Under the pieces are notes generated by a model. That model made no database searches and was not told where the DNA came from. It saw only the letters and a program-made list of their open reading frames with translations. From Takakia lepidozioides (taxonomy: Eukaryota; Plantae; Bryophyta), in assembly GCA_030704615.1 (NCBI GenBank), contig CM060732.1:70990001-71054000 (forward strand): a DNA stretch of 64,000 bases. The letters run 5' to 3'. A program made the translations under genes and the position numbers. Positions within the stretch are counted from its first letter, which is position 1. Each line of letters begins with the position of its first letter. This document shows, piece by piece, positions 11,551-24,077 of the stretch.

Positions 11551-12545
11551 GTCACAGCCGTCACAGCCATCACAGCCCCACACAGGCCACAACCTGTCAC
11601 AGCCCTACACAGGTCACAGGATCACAGCCCCACAGGCCGCAGCCTGTCACAGCCCGTCACAGCCCCAAAGGCCACATGTCACAGCCTGTCACAGCCCATC
11701 ACAGCCCCAAAGGCCACAGGCACAGCCTGTCACAGCCCCTCACAGCCCGTCACAGCCCCACAGGCCACATAGCACAGCCTGTCACAGCCCCTCACAGCCC
11801 ATCACAGCCTGTCATAGCCCTACACATGTCACAGGGTCACAGCTCCAAAGGCCACAGCATATCACAGCCCCTCACAGCCCCTCACAGCCCCACAGGCCAC
11901 ATGGCACAGCCTGTCACAGCCCTACACAGGTCACAGGGGTCACAGCCCCAAAGGCCACAACCTGTCACAGCCCGTCATAGCCCCGCAAGCCATAGGGCAC
12001 AGCTTGTCACAGCCCTACACAGGTCATAGGGGTCACAGCCCCAAAGGCCACAGCCTCTCACAGCCCCTCACAGCCCCATAGGCCACAGGGCACAGCCTGT
12101 CACAGCCCGTCATAGCCCCACAGGCCACATGGCACAGTCTGTCACAGCCCTACACAGGTCACAGGGGTCACAGCCCCAAAGGCCACAGCCTGTCACAGCC
12201 TGTCACAGCCCTACACAGGTCACAGGGGTCACAGCCCCAAAGGCCACAGCATATCACAGCCCCTCACAGCCCCTCACAGCCCCACAGGCCACATGGCACA
12301 GCCTGTCACAGCCCCTCACAGCCCCTCACAGGTCACAGCCCTACACAGGTCACAGGGGTCACAGCCCCAAAGGCCACAGCCTGTCACAGCCCCTCACAGT
12401 CCCTCACAGCCCCACAGGCCACAAGGCACAGCCTGTCACAGCCCCTCACAGCCCCAGAGGCCACTGGGCACAGCCTGTCACTGCCCGCCAGAGCCTGTCA
12501 CAGCCCATCACAGCCTGTCACAGCCCGTCACAACCCCACAGGCCA
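11551..12545 (+). repeat. Minisatellite array of CACAGCC-core units with ~10-bp period
   Basis: Dozens of TCACAGCC(C/T) units with higher-order blocks such as CACAGCCCTACACAGGTCACAGGGGTCACAGCCCCAAAGGC. Confidence 0.95.
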
Positions 12546-12979
12546 CTCATGACAGTTTAGCCATTTCTCCAAGGGGTTTAGCCACGCCAAGCTAGGGTTT
12601 GTGTCTCTTGGACTCTAGGCTTCTTTGCACCGAGCTATGGCGGCTGTGAAGAAATCAGCAAGGTATTCTTGCTCTTTCGGCCCCCACACACCACCATAGT
12701 AGCCCTAAGCCATGAGGAAGATGGTTGCCACAAACCAAGCCTTCTTTCTCACTTAGACTCCCCAAACACGCCACTAAACTCAATGGCAAACAACCAAGCC
12801 TTGCTGGTTTCCAGCCCTTGTGAGCACTCATTCAAGCGTTTCCCTTGGCCATAGCATCTGTCTTAGAACCTATTCCAGCCCCCTACACCTGTCACTTCAA
12901 GAGCCATGCTCTATCTAGGCTTGAGGTTGAAACCCCAACTCAGAACACGCTCTACAAGTGTCGGACTGTCACATAAGAG

Positions 12980-13390
12980 CAGATCAGCCCCTGACCTTCT
13001 CTTCTAGTTCTCTAAAGCCTGAAAACAAAAGCCCAATGGACTGAAGGCATGCTCCACACATGCCCCACTCTCACCACCAGAAAATCAGCCCCTTTGCTTT
13101 ATTTCTTGCACCCACCAACCTGAAAATACACACTTCAGCGGGCTGGAAGCATGCTCCACACATGCCCTACAGGGAAACCAGCCCTTTTCTTCTTTTCTTG
13201 CACTCCCAAACCTGAAAGTACAAGCCTTCAACAGGCTGAAAACATGCTCCACACATGCATTACCCTCACATATTGGAAGTCAGCCCTTCCCTCTTCCTTG
13301 CTTGCCCTCCAAGCTTGAAGATGGAAGCTTCAATGAGCTGAATACATGCTCCACACATGCAACCTCTTCACACAAGAGGTAGCAGCCCCT
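12980..13390 (+). repeat. Four diverged ~100-bp tandem units with core CATGCTCCACACATGC
   Basis: Core at ~13048, 13150, 13243 and 13346; each unit also has a CAGCCC plus pyrimidine tract. Confidence 0.8.
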
Positions 13391-13865
13391 ATCTTGGCTC
13401 CCTGGCTCATTGATGCTCTCTAAGACAAGACTAAGCACTCCACAGCCTTTGCCAAGCTCCTGAAACCCTAAGGCTTACATTTCCAGCCACAAGACACTCC
13501 TCTTGTGGTGCAAGAGCTCTTCTTCCAAGCTCTAAAACCCTAGGTGCACATTCCATTGTCTTGCCGCACCTCTTAGATCCTGTTCCAGCCCTGCTCTTTC
13601 CATGACAAGAGCCCTCTCAATGCTGAAGCTCGAGATTGAAACCCAATCTCAACATACTCCACAAAGTGCACTGATTTTCCCCAAGCCAAATCAGCCCTTT
13701 CGCTTGGTCTTGCAATCCTTCACACAATGAAAGCTCGCATTCCCAAGGCTAGTTCTCAGATTTGCCACCAAAGCCACTATAACCTGCTCTTGACTGGTCC
13801 TTTTCCCAATCGTGCTTGCTCATGCATGTACACAATCTAAAACCATCAAGGTGCTCTGGAATTAC

Positions 13866-14510
13866 CTGCAGCATGGTGCCCCTGCGGTGGAGAACGCACT
13901 ATGACCCATGACGTCGTCCGGGATGCAGCAGCTGCGGTTGCTCGTGATGTTGGGATATACGTCATTCGATAGCATGTGCACATACTCCCATCAACCCACA
14001 ATCACCATTCCACTCGACGACATGTTGACATTGTTCTCTCACATGACGGACTGCGTACATTGGCGGACGTTGTCATCGCTGATCCTACTAGGTCGGATCT
14101 CCTGCCCCGCACAGCCTCATCACAGGGAGTTGCCGCTTCAGTAGCTGCGCAGGGAAATGAGCATGACTATCAGGCACGTCATTCTAGAGACACATTCCTT
14201 CCTTTGGCAGTCGAGATCTTTGGTTGTTTGCATCATCAGTTCAACGAGTTCCTTCGCACATGTGCCCATCGTGCAGTAGAAAACAAAAGCCTTGGAAGCC
14301 CATACACCTCTGTTCTTGTAGCTTTCTTTAGACAACGAGTTTCTGTTGCTTTGCAAAAGGCTCAAGCTCAATCTATTTTACGTCGGGCAGAGGTTGCAGG
14401 GGTGGCTTCATCTCGCCTCCCCGCACTCTCTGATCCACCCTCTTTCCTGTTGTCTGACCTTCTTCAGGCTGTAGGTGATACTAGAATAGTTTGATTTCTT
14501 TCTTTGTATT
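13866..14510 (+). mobile_element. 5'-truncated non-LTR retrotransposon, restriction-like endonuclease end (CRE-like)
   Basis: GGERTMTHDVVRD, HVDIVL..LADVVIADP, FLPLAVEIFG, FFRQRVSVALQK: the C-terminal pattern of CRE/R2-group LINEs. No RT domain present. Confidence 0.75.
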
Positions 14511-15573
14511 AATATATCTAGCTCTACGAGCTTTGGTTGTTTCCTCTTGGGGACAGTTACGCCGTCTTTTTATAAAGCTATGCAGAGATATTATATTCCA
14601 ATGGAAAGCAGTAGACCTGAGTAATCTTGAAGGCCTTGGTCCCTCCATCCCTCTGGGGCCCCAACCTTCTTTCTGTAGCGCTCTAGGTCGTGGAATGATA
14701 AAGATTTGTCGGAACACGTTTTTTCCCAAAAGCTTCATCATACATTCATCCCCCGTCCCTTGGTGTGAACTTCACCTGCATAACCTCCTTCATGGTGACC
14801 TTTGCCATGAGGAGCACAAGCCTCATGAGGGAAGGGGGGTAGATCATAGCATTTAGCAGGATTTGAACCCAAAATCACCTAGGTGGCGCACTTGGTGCTC
14901 CAACTAAGTTCCAGAGGTTGGTCATCCAAAGTTTTTTCTTGGTACCCAAACCAAGAAATCAACGCCACCTAGATGCCGCTTTATTTTCACTTTCTTGGTC
15001 TTGGTAAGTATGGCCCAAAAAAGTCTGTTTTGTCCCTTACTTGTACGATTTGAGAACCACCACCACACCAAAGTGTTAGGTCCTAATTAACTGAGGTCAT
15101 TCATTACTAAACTGGACTATTTGGAGAGCGGATCTTTTAGTAATGCGTACCTTGTAGGTACCATCCGTGCTCTCCATGGATGTGATACCGAGTCTTACCT
15201 CTAACCATTACTTTGGGGGGGGGGTCACTATATCTTTTATACATCAAGTGCGAAACAAGGGTAATTTGTATGGGGGTATTATTTTTATTTTGGTCTTTAT
15301 CAATGTTTGGGCGACATGTAGATTCTACCCAACACCCATGTGGCGAGAATAACCAGGTGACAGAGCTGGAAAAGAGGCTATATTACAGGTGTCATACTGT
15401 GACAGGTCCACGTAGGACAATCTGGCTGCTGGTATTTATCCTTTGGCGCTTTCTGGCGATTTTCTTGATTTTTAATCCCAGAATTCCTTAGTAAAAGTCG
15501 CTGACCCATTTTCCACGTCGAAATCTGGCGATTATTCGCCAGGAAAAAAAAACACTGGTCTTTATTGGCCACC

Positions 15574-15719
15574 CCTAAAATTTGCTAGCAGCAGAAAATT
15601 ATAATTAATATAGCCTGCCAGAAAATATAGCATTTTACAATTTTATATAATTTTGTAAAATGCTGGATTTTCAGACAGGCTATGTTAATTATATTTTACT
15701 ACTGCTAGCAAATTTCAGG
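15574..15719. repeat. AT-rich foldback hairpin (about 65-bp arms), MITE-like
   Basis: CCTAAAATTTGCTAGCAGCAG...GCATTTTACAA / TTGTAAAATGC...CTACTGCTAGCAAATTTCAGG. Confidence 0.8.
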
Positions 15720-18284
15720 CACACTATAATAATACAATAAAAGAAATATTTTCACAGTAAAAAATAGTTCATTATTTGGTCGAAACAAACTCATCCAAAG
15801 CTTGGGTAGCTTTCAAGCACTAAGCATTCTGAACTTTGTCAAAAGTCATAGTAACTGAACTAATGATTGAATTTATGTCTATCCATTTATTATCTGTTAC
15901 ATCATACTTGAATTTAAGGTGCCCTCTAAAATTGCGAACCAAGTGCCGTCAGCAGTTCAAGTCCCCAAATCCAAGTCTAACCCACCTGATAAACCAATAA
16001 CTAAACGATACGTGTCTCATGTTATTAGGACCCTATTGGTAGTTGTGAGCAAATTTGTTTTCTAAATTTTCTCTGCCAAGAAGATATTATACCCTATATT
16101 TTTTTGCATGTAGTATCGGAATATTTGGAAGTAGCGCCCCCGCCCCCGAAAACCATTATTAAATCAAAAGAAACCTCAATAGAAACCTTGAGTTGTTCGG
16201 ATTTGTTGACATATGCATACATTTTTGTTCAAACAATCATAAGAGTACAAAAATAAAACATTTGTCTTACTGATGGCAATAGCCTTTGCATTCGAAATGC
16301 TTAGTTCATTCAAAAGTAACACATCCACTCTTAGGTGAAGGTGCTGAATATAATTAGCAAGACCGGTAGAGAAATTCAACCCGAATATGTTAGTATATGA
16401 TATATATTTCATCAACTTACATTACTTAAAAGTGGGGTTATCACCGCGTCTATCTCCACCAGCGTTCTTCATATCAGTCCTCTTGAGATTGTCTATTCGG
16501 TGATTCCATATTTGTCTCATAATGCCACAATGAGGAAATAAAATAAAGTACTAGTTCTTTTTACCGGTTAAGTAAAGATTAAAAAGAAAAAAACCCCCAC
16601 ACCCCACAATAGGCCCTATAAAATAGGATTTATTGGCAATGGCCCAAACCCACAGATATATTTCCAGATGTGACACAATTAACACCTCTGTAGACAACCA
16701 CATTCCATGCATTTCCCCCTCCTACAATTCTTCAAGGAGAACTAGTCAAGGCCTCTTGGATTTACCACACAACAGAGGACTTACGAGGCTACGAAACACG
16801 TTCTGAGCAATGCACGCGAAAAGCTTCCAACAGAACCCAAAATTTGGTTAGCGGCAACCAAGCTTTGAAATATCTCAACATGGGATTGGTTGTTCCAGAA
16901 TAGAAGCAAAGGTGTAATAGAATATCTATAAATACAACGTGTATAGAATAGGAAGGAAGATACTGTAATAGAGTTCTTACGTTCACAACAGCTGACGAAG
17001 CTGGCATATGAGCTCTATTTCCTCACTGGAGAGCCACAAGAGTTGTAATTTGTTGTCAAACCAAGATACGGCAGCAATTTTGTTAGACACATGTTTCATT
17101 CTAATCTTATTCTCTCTCAATTGTTCCCAAATTCAAAGATCTTGAAAAACAAGTACGTGGTATATAGATATGTGCTCATGTCCACCTCAATACACCTGCA
17201 TTGTTTTGGCAAAATAGATCAACAAGGACATAAACCAGGAAAATATATTGATGAAAAAAATTGTCATACGTGACAATGTGGCATTTACCTTTGCAACCTT
17301 TCAAAAGATGTGTCATAATAGAATATCCATGTCCAAATGTCAAGTCCAAATAATCATTTCTTTCCAAATACCTATCCCTACATTTTTTGAACATATTTGG
17401 AGATGGCTTTCATATGCTGAATTCAGTTAAAATACTTACCACTATATTCATCTTATTCACACATAGATTTTGTTCGGACATTCAAAATCACAAAACAACT
17501 TGTTTTGCCCATCTATCAATCATTATTATTTTGGTAAGCTTGTTATAAGCTGGATTGTTCTTATCAGTTTCAACATTACGATTGTCAAGCAAGTGTAGAT
17601 ATCACATGAGTATGGCTTCCCATCCATTGTGAAGTAGCAATGCAGAAGCCCATTATAGATCAGTGAGATCAACATTACGATCAAGTTTAACAGCCTCCTC
17701 ATTCAATCCTCAGCCCCCTCCTCCAAACTATCAGAATCCTCCATGTTAGTATCTTTAGTGGGTGATTGCAGCCTACAATGTCCATTTTTCGCTGTCACAG
17801 CACTGTTTTTTCCAAACATAGAATATTGGTAAATTATCATACTCTTAAACTATATATGCACGACTCATACTAACATGAAACATTGACAAATGAGTGGCAT
17901 CAGCTAATTCAGGAGTGACCCATAATTACACCATGTCTCGGATGATCTCTGAGCATCCACAAATAAAGTTTCATACATTCTACAAATGTGGTAAATTTTC
18001 TATGGCAAATGTTGTATCACACCCAACCCTATACTTTTCCTTACTCAGATCTCAAAACACCTTTGCCCAGATGACTAGAACCGGACATGTATACTATATT
18101 TTGATTATATCTTGAGACCTTCATGCATAACTACTTTTTTTGGTACTAATTGACTATTGACCAACACTAAAGTCTTTCCTTCAATGTATGGAGATGCACA
18201 AAACCTTTCTTGGTGATACCAAGCTTTAACTTAGACATGGCTGGAAATCCCAAAATTGCATCAAAGATTTTTTTAGTCCTTACC

Positions 18285-19611
18285 TTATTTTATGGGACTG
18301 ATTTGGAAGGGGCTGGTTGCTAATTTTTCAGATGATGGATTGTTTGTGCCTTTGAGGGCCCATACCTCAAGCCATGCAAATCGTCCACCATCATCAGCCT
18401 CCTTCGAGGGGGAATCTTCTGCAAACATGTCTATGTTCTGATCATAGAGCAAGGTGCATAAAACACTTCCCCACCGTCGTAAGTCCAAAGAGGCATTTGC
18501 TGCACCCCTTGCTTTCTGTTTGATCCCCTCTGGCGCAAGCCCAAGCCTCTCAGCAGTGTACACCAACAAAAGTAAATCAAAACTACAACCTATATCGAGG
18601 CCACCTCCTCCAGGCGGGCTGTGGCAATATAGCCTCATGCATAATTAGGATTCGTCCAGATGACGGACCAACAGACGTGTATTTTAACGTTTTCGACTCA
18701 CTTTTTGCTTTTCTCAAGAGATTCAACAGGCTTTGAAGGCGAGGCTGCGCTCACGGAGATGATTGCCTTGGAAGTTGGCTAAGTTGTGGCCGCTCGCCGA
18801 TTCCGCACCTGAGTGAGAGAGAATTTGCATGGGGTATGAGCACTAGAGGAGCAATCGCCACCTCGAGCACGCACTCGGGGTTCGGTGCAGTTTCAGTTGT
18901 GAAAAAGATGGTGATCCCCTCTGGCGCAAGCCCAAGCCCCTCAGCAGTGTACTCCGACAAAGTAGATCAAAACTACAATCTATATCGAGGAGCACCATTG
19001 CATCACAAACATGATCTCTGGTGGTCACCTTGATACTAACGTACAAACTGCTCCTCTTATGAGTTTGACGGACTTTGAAGTTGCTGTCATCTGCAAAACA
19101 CACCATAGCCATGAATTAAGCAAATTTACCTTAAGCATCAAGTAAGTGGCTCTCCCTCTGCATACACACCGGTCACTAAGTGCTGAAGAGGATGAGAAAG
19201 AGCAATAAAGCTGATCATCAACACACCCGTCGCTGATAAGAATCCACAAAGTACGAAGAAGTGGAAATCGTAAAGGTTCTGGGGGACCGAAATTATAAAA
19301 GAAGATCACACGCGATGGTCAGAAAATTCATTCAAACAACAACCAATACATTACTGACACTACTAAACAAAGATGCGAAACTTCATAAGTTCACAAGGTG
19401 AAGAACAAAAACCTTGATTCGGAGGCATGACAATGTCAAGATTGTAGGTGCCGCCTGCAACGAACGCGTCCATGCTCAAACCCTCATTGTCGGCTTCCAT
19501 GAGACTCCCGTCTTCCATAATAGCCGTAGAGGCATTGAACCCGGTCAACACATTGGCCACCCTCACACGGCTCGTCTCATAGAACGTAGAATGGTTACAT
19601 AGAATGGTCAA
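18285..19611 (-). pseudogene. Fragmented spliced gene of unknown function; paralogous piece at 44960-45260
   Basis: Exon-like ORF 19611-19415 ends AAG|GTTTTTG. An ~80-bp segment is duplicated at 18521-18600 and 18912-18990. 19188-19440 is similar to 44960-45237. Confidence 0.4.
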
Positions 19612-19742
19612 ATAGAATGGTTATCCCGTGTCTATCATAATACGATAGTCTTGAGAAGCGATTGTTAGATACATATAATGACCAATTTTGATTATTTGGA
19701 TGTAAACGTGTTTCATTTAATATATGATATGTTCATAGGTTG

Positions 19743-19827
19743 TGTCGTGCGCATACGTATCGCTACACAACTACATCGCTGTCCAAACCACACCACACAT
19801 ATATGCACAATAAAGTAGTCTGCCACA
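19743..19827. repeat. Repeat A1 (85 bp, TG..CA), copy of the B2 terminal repeat
   Basis: Three differences from 20185-20269; flanks GGTTG and GTAGA are not a TSD. Confidence 0.9.
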
Positions 19828-19830
19828 GTA

Positions 19831-20183
19831 GATAAGAAAACTAGAAACACACTCTTAACACAAGAAACATGAAATCCATCTCGTCATCACTCTTTCAGAT
19901 AATAGTCGAGCCAGGGGCACCCCAAGCTATGGGGACTCCACCCCACAACAACCTATCCTCCCATCATAAGCACACTCAGTTCTAAACGATGAAGGAGCTC
20001 GGTCGCGCAGGCTCAACTCGAGAGAGATGAGCTGCGCGACTGCCGCTCTCGTGAAGATAAGACGGTTCAGGTGTCAAACTAAACTTGACACCTGATTTAA
20101 CACTTGACCTAAATCCAAGTGTTAAATACAAATAACTAGCTTTATTCTAGTTGTTTTCACACTGTGCTTATTTAACTTGACAG
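19831..20183. repeat. Repeat B, left copy (353 bp, hairpin-rich)
   Basis: About 4 differences from 44447-44798. Confidence 0.95.
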
Positions 20184-20529
20184 CCGTCGTGCACATACGT
20201 ATCGCTACACAACTACATCGCCGTCCAAACCACACCACACATATATGCACAATAAAGTAGTCTGCCACAATCGCCCCCCTAGCTGGTGGATAGGTCCCTC
20301 TACCTCCAGATAGCTACAAGATGTAATAGCCACAGCCGTACTAAGTCCTCTATCACTGTCCCTATTGTACTCAAACTCTATAGACCAAGAGGCCGGGTAC
20401 AAGAGTAGCCCCATCGTTAGTCGCCGTCTTGCAATCTGTGAACTTGAGCTAAGATCTCGTGTGTTCAAGGTCTCCTAGTAGCTTGGCCTTTCATTTCTTG
20501 TTAGCCTTCCATGGTTGTATCCACTCCCA

Positions 20530-22997
20530 CTATCCAATGCAATGTGGACATAACCAATCCCCATCCGGAACCATCTCAAGAGGTGGAGTCAAGCATCCCA
20601 TATGCCAACCTCTAGAGCATCGATCACACACCAGCATGGTGGCTGCCCCTCCAGCAGACCCACACAACATGCACCTCAAACTTGCAGATACCACTGCCAG
20701 GTTTGGGTCAATCCTGCCATTGACATTCGGAAGGTGACATGGCGCACAATTATGCACATGGTCCTTCCAAGTTATGCCATCCCGACCCTCCAAGACCAAG
20801 ATGCCTGAGGGCAAGACCTCTCGAACCCTCAAAATAACACGTCCTGCAGTCACATCCAAGGTCGTAGGAGCAGTCTGCTGTAGATAGACATAGTCACCAG
20901 GGTTGAATCTCCGAACCCCAGGACGATAGCCCCCACCACGTATGGTAGCATACCTCAACGTATCACGGTGTTGTGCAATGACAAGGTTCTCGAAAGCCAT
21001 GGGCATGACTTTCTTGAACAACTCTGCACGCTGCTCACATGCACGTGCCCACACGTCCGGATCGTCAAGATTAAGAACTGTAGCAGCTTCTCTGCGAATG
21101 GATGTAGGCAAATCCGGCTCTCAGCCAAAGAGAAGAAAGTATGGTGAGAAGGAGGCAAGTGATGCTTGCTTGCTGAACCTGTACCCCATGACTAACCAGG
21201 GTAACTGAAGGTCCCAATCTCCTAGGTGTCCCTTCTGCAAGCCATACTTGCGCAAACCCCTCTTTACTGTCTGAACAACTCTCTCTGCCAAGCCATCGGC
21301 CTCAGGATGATCCCGAGAAGTGGTGCGGTGGTCTATCAAGGCCTTGTCACACAAAGCCTGAAACTCCCCCAAGAACTCTCTCCCTTGGTCCGTGATTACT
21401 TCAGCTGGAGCACCGAATCGGCTAAGCACACAAATCCAAGAATGCATATGCAGCTCCCTCACTAGCCTTATCAGGCAATGGAACCAACTCAATCCACTTG
21501 GAGAAGTGCTCCACCATCACCAACACGTACTTGTTGTGGCGCATGGTCAGTGGCAACGGCCCTGCGAAGTCAAGACTCCACCTGTAGCCCAATCCCATGA
21601 TCGGAAGAGGGTGTAATTGTGGAGTATGGGCGTTGAATGAAGCACGCACCCTGTCACACACCATGCACCTAGCCACAAATTGTTGCACCTCTGTGTGCAT
21701 ACCACGCCACCAATACTGCCCCTGCAGTAGACTATGAGTGCGTCGCACCCCAAAATGCCCCAACTCCTCATGGGCATGCCGCACTAACCGTGCCCGCTGT
21801 GTTGGGTGAGGCACAATCCTCACTCGACCATCCTCCCACACTCGGAGCAGGTCTGTCCCCTCCCACTTGAATCTCTTGGCTCGTTGTAGGATCCGATCCC
21901 TCTCCTTGGCAGTCACAGTGGCTGCCGTGTCTCCAGTGCGAAGATAGTCCAACACAGCTGAATCCTCATGTATATCTTTGGCGCCACCTTGCTCATTGCT
22001 GGCCTCAGGGTCCTCAGACACTTGATCCACAGTCATCCCTGTTGCAGGTCCAACCTGGCCTTCCGCTGCCAAGATACACAGAAATGCAGATGCATGCCAT
22101 CCGGACACCATCTCCTCATCCGTCTCACCATGCCACGGAGCTCCAGTGTCATCCTGCTGGCTCGTGCATGGATTGCGACTCAACCCATCTGCATTGCGAT
22201 TGACCAAACCCGGTCGATGCACCACCTGAAAGTCATACTCTTGAAGGATGAGTGCCCACCGTGCAAGCTTCCCCGTAAGCTTGTCTGACTCCATCAACCA
22301 CTTGAGTGGTTGGTGATCCGTGACAAGGGTAAAGAGATTGCTGTATAGATAGCACCTGAAGTGTGCCACGGCCCACACTGCAGCTAAATATTCTCCCTCA
22401 TATGAAATATACTTAGACTCTGCAACGTTGTTCGAGCGGCTAGCATAAGCCACTACGAACTCTCTTCCCTCATCATCCACCTGTGTGAGCACCGCTCCAA
22501 GCCCCATCATGCTCCAATCTGTATGCAGCTGAAAAGGACGCCCCCTGATAGGTCGTCTCAAGATGGGGGCTGAGGTCAACCTCGCCTTGAGCTCTTGAAA
22601 AGCTTGTTCTTGCCCATCTTCCCACTGCCACTCCTGGTCCACCTTGGTCAGCTTGGTTAGAGCCTTTGCAATGGCACTAAATCCCTTAACAAACCGTCTA
22701 TAATAGTTTGCTAACCCCATGAAAGCTCGAACTCGGCTCACATCTGTGGGGCGTGGAACCTGTGCAATGGACTCTACCTTAGTCTGCTGTACCCCCAATC
22801 CTCCAGGATATATCATGTGACCCAGATACTCAATCTGGTCGTGGAAAAACTTGCACTTTCCTGGATGTAACTTCAATCCGTGCACCCTCAAGCGCTCAAA
22901 TACCCCCTAAAGGTGTCTCTCATGCTCCTCCACTGTAGCACTAAAGATGATGATGTCATCTATGTAGCACCGAGCAAACTCCACCCCTGCTAGAATC
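20530..22997 (-). pseudogene. pol: B2 pol 3' part: RT C-terminus, RNase H, integrase, PHD finger
   Basis: ARCYIDDIIIFS (22940-22980), LHTDWS..LGAVL, HAHEELGH..RCMVC, WSLDFAGP, ITDQGREF, GLAER, CMLCGS..CDRC..WHMGC..WLCPHC. Several stops and frameshifts. Confidence 0.93.
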
Positions 22998-24039
22998 TGT
23001 CGCGCGGCTTTTACTCACCCATCCCTTCGCTATTCGAGGCGGAAACTCCAAGATAGAAGAGTTGGAAATCTCTAAGTACTCAGCCCGCGCAGAACAATCA
23101 GTCATGACCTACAGCTAGTGTATCATGGGGGTGTTTCCTATTTGTTTCCCTTTTGGTATTCATGTTAGCTATCTTACCATTGATAATTAAGTATCAGTTT
23201 GCTTTATCAATCTATTGGATTCCATCAACTCATCCATTCATTCCACAGCTTCACTCAGATCTCTCTACACAGTGTGATTGTATCGTAAAAGTATCCGATT
23301 ATGATTTATCAGGTATCAGGCCGAAGCCATTGTGTCTCTAATCTGCTCTACAATATCATTACAGCCTTGCATATATCAAGCATCTACTCATCATCTCTCT
23401 ATCTTCACTTCGTTCTTCATCTCTGCCCGATCCCCTCCTTCCTGACCAAGAAGTCCTCCTCCGAATGATCTCCTCAATTCCCCGTTTCTTCCCTTATCTC
23501 CTATCCGTGGTTCTAAACGTTTCCCTCACTAACCGTCGTCTGTGAATTAACATGTTTCCCCACAGTCGTTCCTGTCCTACCTCCGTTCCCTATGATCGTG
23601 ACAGCTGTGTCAAGCTGTGACTGGCTGTGGAAACTGTGACGGGCTGTGACTGGCTGTGCGATGTGCTTGGCTGTGTCGGGCTGTGACTGGTGGACTGGCT
23701 GTGGCTGGTTGGCTGTGTCGGGCTGTGTGTGCTGTGTGCGACTGTGACGGCTGTGTCGGGCTGTGTCTGCTGTGACGACTGTGTACGGGCTGTGTGTGGC
23801 TGTGTCGGCTGTGACGACTGTGACGGGCTGTGTTGGCTGTGTCGGCTGTGACTACTGGACGGGCTGTGTTGGCTGTGTGGCTGTGACGACTGTGACGGGC
23901 TGTGTAACCCCCCTCTACAGTGCGCTGCTGTCACCCCTAAGGCTCCTGTTGGTCTCAGTGTTGGTCTCAGTCTGTGCAAAAATTAAGGGTACCCTACAGA
24001 TCCCGTATAAGTGTCTAAGTCCCCGACAGTCCTCTAACA
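22998..24039 (-). repeat. 3' LTR of element C, with GGCTGTG array at ~23598-23905
   Basis: Matches 35273-36279 and abuts the PPT. Confidence 0.96.
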
Positions 24040-24077
24040 TTACCCCTTCCCCCCTCAAAAAGCCGTGTCCTCACGGT

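Larger units (their letters stand above)
785..13800 (-). mobile_element. Ty3/Gypsy element B1 (PHD-integrase family), internally deleted non-autonomous copy; 5' boundary not found
   Basis: TG..CA terminal repeat at 785-972, PPT at 973-989, PHD and integrase fragments, gag 9868-10815. Strong nucleotide similarity to B2 (20185-22040 and 40030-41540). Right boundary is approximate, placed where the LINE fragment starts. Confidence 0.85.

Noticed and set aside
11446-12595. Pro/Ser/His/Thr-rich ORFs (also 23590-24107 and ORFs within the palindrome arrays)
   Set aside because: These are translations of stop-poor tandem repeats, open in several frames.
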